DNA from: a virus
Taxonomy: Duplodnaviria > Caudoviricetes
Virus record (IMG/VR): IMGVR_UViG_3300014205_000015
Span: 13,731-77,730 of that record
DNA: 64,000 nt
Strand: one strand, 5' to 3'
The position numbers and the translations under genes are program-made. The notes under the pieces are model-generated. The model was not told the origin of the DNA and made no database searches. It worked only from the letters and a program-made list of their open reading frames with translations. Below are positions 15,546 through 23,258 of the stretch, piece by piece. How positions within the stretch are numbered: position 1 is the first letter of the stretch; the number at the start of each line of letters is the position of its first letter.

Positions 15546-15863
15546 GGTCAAGGAATGTCGGGGCGTGGTTCGGCGTGGTGTTTCAGGTTTCGGTATGCTT
15601 GGGCGGTCATGGAGAGGTCGGGCTAGGTGCGCTCTTGCGAGTCGAGTCGAGGCGGTCGAGTCCGTGCGGGGTGCGGAGTGCTCTGGTTGGGTCGGTCCAG
15701 GTTGGGTTCGGCGGTCGCGGTTAGGAATGGCGTGCTGCGGCGAGTCGGGGCTCGTTCCGGTTGGGCGGTCAAAGTGGGTCAAGGCTTGGTGCGAAGTGGT
15801 GCGTCCTGGAAAGGCGGTCGAGGCGGGGATTGGAGTGGCCCGTATTGGTCCGACAAGGCGGTC
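15546..15863 (+). repeat. pentamer-coded array 1: six units of GGTC+(NN-GGY-like)x8-11; putative guide RNAs
   Basis: Units start at 15546, 15605, 15654, 15713, 15767 and 15816; lengths 59, 49, 59, 54, 49, 44 (all 5n+4). Confidence 0.9.
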
Positions 15864-15951
15864 AGAGAGAGAAGGTTTTTGGTTTGGAGAGTGTTTCTCC
15901 AGACTCCTACACAACAGGGGTGTTTCACCCCGCAATTAAGGAGAAGCCATT

Positions 15952-16716
15952 ATGGCAAAAGCATCTGGTGTTTTGGAAGCGATTGAAGTTGAACCACTAC
16001 GAGTTGGCAGTATGCAAGTCTGGCTGCGTGGTATCACGCCGCTGATCTGTAATCGATTGGCGGCAAAGGCACGGCGCGAGCTGTTGCTTCCGAAGGGACG
16101 AAAGTCGACGGCGGAAAAGCAGCAATCGCTGAAGCATGATCCGGTAGCTGAGTTCCGAGACAGCATGAATGTGCGATCTGGTGTTGGACCTACACGAGTA
16201 GTGTTTCCTGCGCCCGCAGTGAAGGGTTCTATGGCTACTGCCGCGCTGGAGACGAAAGGCACGAACAAAACGCAGATTGGTCGTTTGGTTCGTGTGGCTG
16301 GTTATTCACTGGATGTCTACGGAATACCAGAATTATTCATGGCTATTGTTCGTTCGGCGGACATGGCTCGGACGCCCGACGTTCGGACGCGAGCGATCTT
16401 GCGCGAGTGGTGCATGCCTGTTACCGTTCAGTACGTCAAGCCGCAGATGTCTGAGCAGGCTATTATGCAATTGCTTGCCAACGGCGGAATTATCATCGGA
16501 GTAGGTGATTTTCGTCAAGAAAAAGGCAAAGGCGATTTTGGCTGCTACGAGGTCGTCACCGAAGCCGATTGTAAGGACATTATCAAAAATGGCGGGTTGA
16601 AGCAGCAAGACGCTGCGATCAAGACTCCCGTCTGCTTCGACAGTGACACTGAAGAACTTTTAGGCTGGTTCCAACAGGAAGTTAAAGTTAGAGGAAAGGG
16701 AGAACTGGTTGCCTAA
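15952..16716 (+). CDS. RAMP/Cas7-like RNA-binding protein (Vipr-like effector)
   Basis: N-terminal VWLRGITPLICN strand and C-terminal Gly-rich loop GIIIGVGDFRQEKGKGDFGCYEV; flanked by pentamer arrays. Confidence 0.75.
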   Translation: MAKASGVLEAIEVEPLRVGSMQVWLRGITPLICNRLAAKARRELLLPKGRKSTAEKQQSLKHDPVAEFRDSMNVRSGVGPTRVVFPAPAVKGSMATAALETKGTNKTQIGRLVRVAGYSLDVYGIPELFMAIVRSADMARTPDVRTRAILREWCMPVTVQYVKPQMSEQAIMQLLANGGIIIGVGDFRQEKGKGDFGCYEVVTEADCKDIIKNGGLKQQDAAIKTPVCFDSDTEELLGWFQQEVKVRGKGELVA

Positions 16717-16725
16717 CTGTCAATT

Positions 16726-17376
16726 GGTCGCGGAGAGGTATGGCAACATAAGTCACGGTCCGGCGAGTCATGTCCGGGCGGTCATGGAATGGTTGGGCAC
16801 GGCACCATATGGTATGTCGCGGCTTGGCGTGGCGGTCCCGGTTGGGTCCGGTAAAGCTGGTCGGGGCGGGGTGTTGCGAGCCCGGGTTTGGCGGTCGGGG
16901 TACGGTTCGGCACGGCGGGTCGGAGCATGGAATGTTGCGGCGGTCGCGTCGAGGTGCGGTGCGTTTGGGCGAGTCCAGGCGCGTCGGGGTATGGTTGGGC
17001 GGTCGAGGTGAGGAAAGGCTGCGCTAGTTCAGGCGAGTCATGGCACTGGCGGTCGCGGTATGTCCTGACTAGTCATGTGAGGAAAGGCGAGGCGGGGCGG
17101 TCGAGTCGGGTCTTGGAGAGGTTCGGTCCGTTGCGGTCTGTCCGGGCGGTTTGTCAAAGCTAGGCTGCGCGTGGCGGTCATGGTGACGAGAGGCTGGGTA
17201 TGGTACGTCGCGGCGGGTCTGGGGCCGGTGAGGCGGTCAAGATTCGTCAGGTCGCGGACAGGCGGGGCGGGGTACGCTTAGGCGGGCCTAGTCCTGGCGG
17301 TCGCGTCGGGGTCTGGAGTGGCACGGTCGGGCAAGGTGAGTCGAGCTCTGGCGTGGTGAGTATCGGCAAGCCGGTC
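16726..17376 (+). repeat. pentamer-coded array 2: twelve units of GGTC+(NN-GGY-like)n; putative guide RNAs
   Basis: Units start at 16726, 16780, 16834, 16893, 16942, 17001, 17051, 17099, 17148, 17176, 17235 and 17299; three units (17001, 17051, 17148) carry 1-nt irregularities. Confidence 0.9.
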
Positions 17377-17415
17377 GTGATTGACTGTTAAGAGGTCATG
17401 CAGCACAATTGCTGC

Positions 17416-19329
17416 ATGACCTCTCCTTTTTTTGATTTAGTCCCAAAAGACCCAATTGAGAATCTCCGTTGGCGCATTCGTTGCCGCGAGCGTGCATTGG
17501 CTGATAAGCGGTTTCGAGACTCGCTATATCAAGCGTGCATGAGTGATCTTTGTTTCTGGATGGCATTTGCCTGTTGGGGATACGACCCGCGAGCCCGCTT
17601 CAAGATCGTTCCATTTGTACCCTATCCACATCAACAAGCTGTGTTCGTGGCGATGGATGAAGCCATAAGCACTGCCGAACGTGAAGAACGATCGGTCGAC
17701 GTGATCCTGGACAAAAGTCGGGCTCAAGGTGGATCTTTTGGATATCTTTGGGTCGACCTTCGGCGCTGGCTGCGCGATCCAATGTTTTCAGCAGGTTTTG
17801 TTACGAAAAATGAAGATTCGATTGATTCAAAGAGCGACTCATCGACGGTGCTGTGGAAAGTGGCATGGGCGATTGAGCGATTGCCTTTCTGGATGAAGCC
17901 CAATTACGAACGGCATCTTGGTCAGCACACTTTCATTAACAACGACAACGGTTCGTTATTGCGAGGATACTCTGCAGGGCAAGACGTGGCAGCCGGTGGC
18001 CGTACGACTGTGTTCACAGTGGACGAAGCTGGCGCGAGAGACTTCGTTTCAGGTGGCAAAGACGAAGCGGTTCAGGAGTCTATTCAAGACGTGTCCAACT
18101 GCATTCGCATGGTCTCTGCTCGTTACGTGGATGCAGGTGTCTTTCACGAAGCCTGCGAAAACCCAGACACGAAAAAGAACGGTATTCATCTTATACTGGA
18201 CTGGAAAGACCACCCCGCTCAAAGCAAGCACTCTTACATTGTGCGAGAGGGAATCGCGGTTGCCATAAAGCCGGAAGATCAAGCGGCGGTCACGGAATAC
18301 CACCGAAAACACCCTGACCTGCGATCCCGACTGGAAAGAAAAGGATTTAAATTTGAAGTGGTTGTTCGCAGTCCGTGGTACGACTCTCGATGTTTGCGCC
18401 CGACAGCCACCCCGCGACTGATAGCTTCGCAGCTCGACCGCAACCCTCGCGGAGCAGTAGGTAAAGTTTTCGCATCAGACCTCTTGGACCGCATGAAGCG
18501 AGAGCACTGCAAGGGTCCAGTTTGGGTGGGCAATCCAGTATTTGACTCAGAAACCTGCAAACTAACGGGATTGATTCCCAGGGATGACGGCTTGCTGAAA
18601 CTGTGGTTCAAGCCGGGCATCGACAACTCACCGCCGCTGGGACCGTTCACCGCGGGATGCGACATCGCTTCGGGTGGAGTTGGGGCGTATTCCTCAAACT
18701 CGGTCATAACGGCGCTGGACGACAGAACCGGGGAGCAAGTCTTGGAGTACACGGTCAAGGGACTCGAGCCACGACCGTTTGCACGCCGGGTGGTTGGGCT
18801 GTGCATGTGGCTTAGAAACGCACTGCTTGGCTGGGAGGATTCCGGGGTGTCTGGTGGTTTTGCTAAGGAAATCATGGAAGTTCTTTATTATGGTTCCGTG
18901 TTCTATCGGGACGTAAACCAGCTCGGTTCCCAGAAGAAAAGCCGCAAGCCTGGCTGGCCGTGCCGTGACGCAGACAAAGCGGACGATTTTGAGCAAATGG
19001 CGCTGGCGATGGAGACTGGGAAGTTCGTTCCGCGTTCCGAGGAAATGATTGTCGAGTGTTCTGAATATGAGTGGGACGGCACCAAAATCATTCACGCACC
19101 GTCGAAAAACAAGGGGGCGGCTGACAAGAATCACGCCGACCGCGCTATAGCAATGGCAGGCTGTTGGAAGGTCTTTAGCACCGATAATGCAACCCGTAAG
19201 ATTGACACAGACGTGGAAAACGGTCAGAATCCAGAGTACGGCTCGTTTTTATGGCGAGAGCAGCAAGAGCGCCGGAACGTGAAAACGGGTAGCCCGAAGT
19301 TCGGGATTAGGGACATTATTGGACGCTAA
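17416..19329 (+). CDS. terL: terminase large subunit
   Basis: DKSRAQGGS Walker A-like, VDEAG Walker B, GCDIASG and HADRAIA RNase H-fold acidic motifs; lies upstream of portal and capsid. Confidence 0.9.
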   Translation: MTSPFFDLVPKDPIENLRWRIRCRERALADKRFRDSLYQACMSDLCFWMAFACWGYDPRARFKIVPFVPYPHQQAVFVAMDEAISTAEREERSVDVILDKSRAQGGSFGYLWVDLRRWLRDPMFSAGFVTKNEDSIDSKSDSSTVLWKVAWAIERLPFWMKPNYERHLGQHTFINNDNGSLLRGYSAGQDVAAGGRTTVFTVDEAGARDFVSGGKDEAVQESIQDVSNCIRMVSARYVDAGVFHEACENPDTKKNGIHLILDWKDHPAQSKHSYIVREGIAVAIKPEDQAAVTEYHRKHPDLRSRLERKGFKFEVVVRSPWYDSRCLRPTATPRLIASQLDRNPRGAVGKVFASDLLDRMKREHCKGPVWVGNPVFDSETCKLTGLIPRDDGLLKLWFKPGIDNSPPLGPFTAGCDIASGGVGAYSSNSVITALDDRTGEQVLEYTVKGLEPRPFARRVVGLCMWLRNALLGWEDSGVSGGFAKEIMEVLYYGSVFYRDVNQLGSQKKSRKPGWPCRDADKADDFEQMALAMETGKFVPRSEEMIVECSEYEWDGTKIIHAPSKNKGAADKNHADRAIAMAGCWKVFSTDNATRKIDTDVENGQNPEYGSFLWREQQERRNVKTGSPKFGIRDIIGR

Positions 19330-19561
19330 AACAATCTATTCCAGCGGTAAAACCTGGAGGGAGAGAACGATGGAAGAACTGTTTGAAGAGAAGATGAAAG
19401 TCGTGTTGGAGCGGCTACGCACGAACAACACTGGCGATGAAGCGCTGAAGTACACGCAGGCATTGGATAACCTTGCCCGCGCACGAACCACATGGTTCGC
19501 AAACGAGAAATCAGAACCAACGGAAGCAAAAACGACCAAGAAACAAGGGGCCGGCGCGTAA
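19319..19561 (+). CDS. hypothetical protein
   Basis: 80-aa ORF overlapping the terL end; start uncertain. Confidence 0.55.
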   Translation: MDAKTIYSSGKTWRERTMEELFEEKMKVVLERLRTNNTGDEALKYTQALDNLARARTTWFANEKSEPTEAKTTKKQGAGA

Positions 19562-19580
19562 GGCGTCCGACAACAATAAG

Positions 19581-19680
19581 GGCATAAGACGGAGTAGCTA
19601 CCGTCCAGAATGCCTCTAACATTCGCAGCCTTAGAGGGGTCGCGACGCTGAAAAAGCGTTTCGGCCCCCTTTTCTTTTTT
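19581..19680 (+). terminator. structured leader ending in a Rho-independent terminator-like stem upstream of portal
   Basis: GGCAT/ATGCC enclosing GACGG-AGTAGCTA-CCGTC; TCTAA/TTAGA; AGGGGTCG...CGGCCCCT followed by a T tract. Confidence 0.55.
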
Positions 19681-19690
19681 AGGCTGCTAG

Positions 19691-21490
19691 ATGATTGACC
19701 TCTCCAATCCCGAACGACGAGCAAGGCTGCAGAAGGCTATCAGGTCGTCACGAGACGCACTTGAGCCATTTCGTCGGGTACGGAAAGAACTAATCAAAGA
19801 CTATGTTGGCTCGTGGTATCCAGGTGGAAGAGACAGCGAGAACGAAAGAGTCCTCGTTAATCTCATCAATCAGACTGCCCGTATCTACACGATTGCCCTG
19901 GCAGCGAACAACCCGCAAGTCTTAGTCTCCACCCCACGGACTGAAAACATCGCCTTCGCTCGCAGGTTCGAAGTGAACCTGAACAAGCTGATTAGCGACA
20001 TGACCCTGGACAAGACGTTCCGGCAGATTGTCACAGACGCCTTCTTCTGTCTGGGTTGTGGCGTGGTGATGATGCGAGACACCAGTACCCGCTTCCACGG
20101 CTTACTAGAGTCTGAGGAGGACGTGTGGTTGGATCCAGGTGAACCGTGGCTCAATCGGGTTTCGCTGGACGACCTCATCTTAGACATGCCAGCCAAAGAG
20201 CTTTCGAAGATGCGCTATTGCGGGCATCGCTACCGCGCCGACTACGAAAAGGTGATGGACGAGCCCGGCTATTCGAAGAAGGCTAAGGACAAGCTCAAGC
20301 CAACCGGGAGAGAACACCACGACAGCACAGGCGCAGCTCGAGACATTGCTTCGGAGTACGGCAGCGCCCAAGACGACGACCTGAAAGACATGATTTGGCT
20401 CATGGATATTTGGGTGGCTGAGAACAATTCAGTCGTGACGATGGCATGTGACCAAGTTGACCTGGAACCTCTGATTGAGCGCGAATGGACTGGCTCTCAG
20501 GCGGGACCGTACAAGTTCCTCTCCCTGGGAGATACTCCAGACAACGTAATCCCAACGTCACCTGCAATCAATCTGAAGGGAATGCACGACCTACAGAACA
20601 GGCTGCATCGCAGGATGGAGGATGATTCCGACGCGCACCGATTGGTGAACGTGTATCCGCCTGGCAAGGAGGATGATGCGAAGCGAATTCAGACGGCAGA
20701 GCGCAATTCGTGGCAAAGGATGACTAATCCTGCGGATATTAAGCAGGTTGAAGTTGGCGGTATTGACCAGCGCGACATGGCGATGGCTACGTTCATTCAA
20801 ACGGAATACGACCGTTTCGCTGGTAACCTTCAAGCGATGGGCGGACTTGGAGCGCAAGCTGGGACAGTGGGGCAAGAGGAGTTGATTCACGGTCAGCTAT
20901 CCAAGAACGTGGCTGACATGCGGATGGGTGTGGTGAACTTCGCGGCTGATTGCATCTTGGACCTGGGGAGGTTGATGTGGGAGGACCAGACGCTTGAACT
21001 GCACACTTCAATGCCAGTGGGCAACAGCGGGATTCAAGTCACCTCTGACTGGTCACCCGACTACCGCATGGGTGAGTTCGATGACTACGATTTTCGGGTC
21101 GAACCGTACTCGATGGTCTTCAAAACTCCCCAGCAGCACCTTCAGGAGTATTTCCAGGTGCTACGTGAGATTGCCCCGCTCTGGCCTATGTTCCAGGCGT
21201 CGGGAGCTAGCCTCAACGTCCAGGTTTTAGTGGAAGAGATGGCACGTCTGTTGAATAAGCCGGAAATTACGCAGTTGATTACGTTTGCGACTCCCGCTGA
21301 GATGCTCGGTGGAGACCAGAATACAGTCAGACAGAGCCCGAACACGACACGAACTAACATCCGCAAAAATATTTCGACTGGCGGCACCGAGCAATCGCGC
21401 AGCAATTCCTTGATTCGCGACCTCATGGCAGGGCAGTCCTCAAGTACCAACGGACAGCAACAAGCAGCTATGGAAAGGGCACCCGCATGA
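19691..21490 (+). CDS. portal protein
   Basis: 599 aa, helical, between terL and scaffold/capsid; Gln-rich tail. Confidence 0.75.
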   Translation: MIDLSNPERRARLQKAIRSSRDALEPFRRVRKELIKDYVGSWYPGGRDSENERVLVNLINQTARIYTIALAANNPQVLVSTPRTENIAFARRFEVNLNKLISDMTLDKTFRQIVTDAFFCLGCGVVMMRDTSTRFHGLLESEEDVWLDPGEPWLNRVSLDDLILDMPAKELSKMRYCGHRYRADYEKVMDEPGYSKKAKDKLKPTGREHHDSTGAARDIASEYGSAQDDDLKDMIWLMDIWVAENNSVVTMACDQVDLEPLIEREWTGSQAGPYKFLSLGDTPDNVIPTSPAINLKGMHDLQNRLHRRMEDDSDAHRLVNVYPPGKEDDAKRIQTAERNSWQRMTNPADIKQVEVGGIDQRDMAMATFIQTEYDRFAGNLQAMGGLGAQAGTVGQEELIHGQLSKNVADMRMGVVNFAADCILDLGRLMWEDQTLELHTSMPVGNSGIQVTSDWSPDYRMGEFDDYDFRVEPYSMVFKTPQQHLQEYFQVLREIAPLWPMFQASGASLNVQVLVEEMARLLNKPEITQLITFATPAEMLGGDQNTVRQSPNTTRTNIRKNISTGGTEQSRSNSLIRDLMAGQSSSTNGQQQAAMERAPA

Positions 21491-21684
21491 CCGACGTACC
21501 GAAGGATGGAGAATCGCAAGTGACCGTCTACGTCCGCGTTAGGTTGAGCGATGCAGACAGAAGCGTTAGCTGGAGGGCGGTTAAAGCGGATTCGCTAACA
21601 GCCGGCGTCAAGGTTGCCGAGCAAATGGATGATGTGGAAGTGTGTTTGGAAGCTAGTTTCATTGCAGGGGGTGCGGTGACGTGA
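21487..21684 (+). CDS. hypothetical protein
   Basis: 65-aa ORF, ATGA overlap. Confidence 0.6.
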   Translation: MTDVPKDGESQVTVYVRVRLSDADRSVSWRAVKADSLTAGVKVAEQMDDVEVCLEASFIAGGAVT

Positions 21685-21836
21685 CCGTTCACGTACTCCC
21701 GATAGAGGACTGGATTGAACACACGGAAGACACAGCCTGCCTGTGTGAGCCAGAAGTTCAATTCGTTGACCCAGAGACAGGCGAAGAGTATTCGGAAATG
21801 CTGGTAATTCATAACGCGATTGATGGACGTGAATGA
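21681..21836 (+). CDS. small His/Cys protein not in the ORF track (MTVHVLPIEDWIEH...CLCEP...VIHNAIDGRE)
   Basis: Translated by hand; GTGA overlap upstream and ATGA overlap downstream. Confidence 0.65.
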   Translation: MTVHVLPIEDWIEHTEDTACLCEPEVQFVDPETGEEYSEMLVIHNAIDGRE

Positions 21837-22177
21837 TGAGCGGAATAGTCCAGAAGTACAACGGCAAGGTAGTCACTCAGGAAGAGTTAGACAAATTGCT
21901 TCCAAGGAAGAAAGACTGGCTCGAAGCGCCACCGATGTCAGCTAACACGTACACCGAACACGACCCGCTGATTTCCGAAGCGCTGGGTGTTATGAGAAGC
22001 CAAGTACCGGAAATGAGAAAAACACTTGAAAAAGAGAAGATCCCTGGGGTTTCCATTTTGGACAACGGACAGGCTCGCATCACAAGTCGCCGTGGTCGCA
22101 ATCAACTGATGAAGCTTTACGAAGAGATGCGAGGAATGAAACACCACGATATTGATGGCGGATTTGGCGATCATTAG
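21833..22177 (+). CDS. hypothetical head-region protein
   Basis: 114-aa ORF. Confidence 0.7.
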   Translation: MMSGIVQKYNGKVVTQEELDKLLPRKKDWLEAPPMSANTYTEHDPLISEALGVMRSQVPEMRKTLEKEKIPGVSILDNGQARITSRRGRNQLMKLYEEMRGMKHHDIDGGFGDH

Positions 22178-22221
22178 GGCGATTCAAAGCAAGTAAAGCA
22201 CAACACACGGAGAACGATTCA

Positions 22222-23238
22222 ATGGCAGTCTCAGACCTACAAGACATCAATGCAACCACCAGCACGGACGAAATCAAGGCTTTTGCTGAGCAAGTGGCTA
22301 AGGAAGTAGAGCAGGAGCGCAAGGGCGAGCCTGAAACTAAGTCTGATGCGCAGATTACCAACGAACAAGCTGGTCTTCCACAACCAGCCGCCAAAACAAA
22401 AGAAACACCTGCCGAGGATAAGTCCGGCAGTGACACCGCCCTGGAGGGCGAGGATACCGGCGACACGCCAGAAGCCACTGAGTGGCTGACTGATGACGTG
22501 AAAGCCGAGGCAGCCGCGTATGGACTTGAAGAATCGGAAATAGCCGACTTCACCAGTCGCGAGGAGCTTGACCGGGCATTACGCCTATTTGACAAGACTG
22601 CACTAGAAGCCGGTCGCAAGGCATTGGCGGAAAGTGACGCAAGTCCTACTCGTGACGAGAAAGGCAAGTTTGTCAAACAGGAAGCACCGAAAGCTGAACC
22701 ACCCAAGGAGGCAGCTCCGCAGGATGGACGGTATCAGGTTGCACTGGAAAACGAGGATATATGGGACGAGGACATCGCGTCGGGTGTGAAAAAACTCGCA
22801 ACCGGACTGCGCGACCACTTCGATTCTCGTTTGGAGGCATTGGAAGCATACTTTGCAGAGCAGAGGGTCGTTGCTAAAGAGCGGCACTTTGACAGCTTGG
22901 TTGATTCCCTTGGTCACCCCGATTTGTTCGGTGCGACGGACAAGGAAACTGCTCAGGAGAAGCAGCGCCGAGAAGACCTATTTGTAGAGGTTGAAACCTA
23001 CCTAAAAGGTCGCGAAGCACTGGGTCGCCCAGCAGCAATGAATGACGCAATTATCAGCCGGATTGCTCGGTCCCTCTTTTCGGAGGAACTCGGCAAGAAG
23101 GAACTAAAAAAACGGACCAGCAAAATTTCCAAACAGAGCAACATGCGACAAGGTGGCAGTCCCACCAAGCCGCTGCCGCCACGGGATGACCCTCGTGACG
23201 AAGCGGACCGGCTCTACAAGGAATTGAGCAGGTCATAA
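22222..23238 (+). CDS. capsid scaffolding protein
   Basis: Acidic, helical, low complexity; immediately upstream of the major capsid gene. Confidence 0.7.
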   Translation: MAVSDLQDINATTSTDEIKAFAEQVAKEVEQERKGEPETKSDAQITNEQAGLPQPAAKTKETPAEDKSGSDTALEGEDTGDTPEATEWLTDDVKAEAAAYGLEESEIADFTSREELDRALRLFDKTALEAGRKALAESDASPTRDEKGKFVKQEAPKAEPPKEAAPQDGRYQVALENEDIWDEDIASGVKKLATGLRDHFDSRLEALEAYFAEQRVVAKERHFDSLVDSLGHPDLFGATDKETAQEKQRREDLFVEVETYLKGREALGRPAAMNDAIISRIARSLFSEELGKKELKKRTSKISKQSNMRQGGSPTKPLPPRDDPRDEADRLYKELSRS

Positions 23239-23258
23239 CCATATAAGGAAAGTGCATC

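Noticed and set aside
15713-15766. Weak match of an array 1 unit (AYIVAEGSPW-like) to terL SYIVREG
   Set aside because: Only 5 of 10 dinucleotides match; not above background
16780-16833. Contiguous reading of NN gives ATATTGACAC, containing TTGACA
   Set aside because: All convincing decodes need a skipped third base; a 6-nt match is expected by chance
15546-17376. CRISPR array
   Set aside because: No identical 23-47 nt direct repeats with unique spacers and no cas1/cas2; conservation is interleaved at pentamer scale
15536-17391. Many overlapping Gly/Arg/Val-rich ORFs across the two arrays
   Set aside because: They arise from the GC-rich 5-nt periodicity, which is incompatible with codon structure; no RBS or protein-like composition
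22488-22505. CTGATGA...GAAA hammerhead-like words
   Set aside because: Inside the scaffold ORF with no stem II or supporting stems
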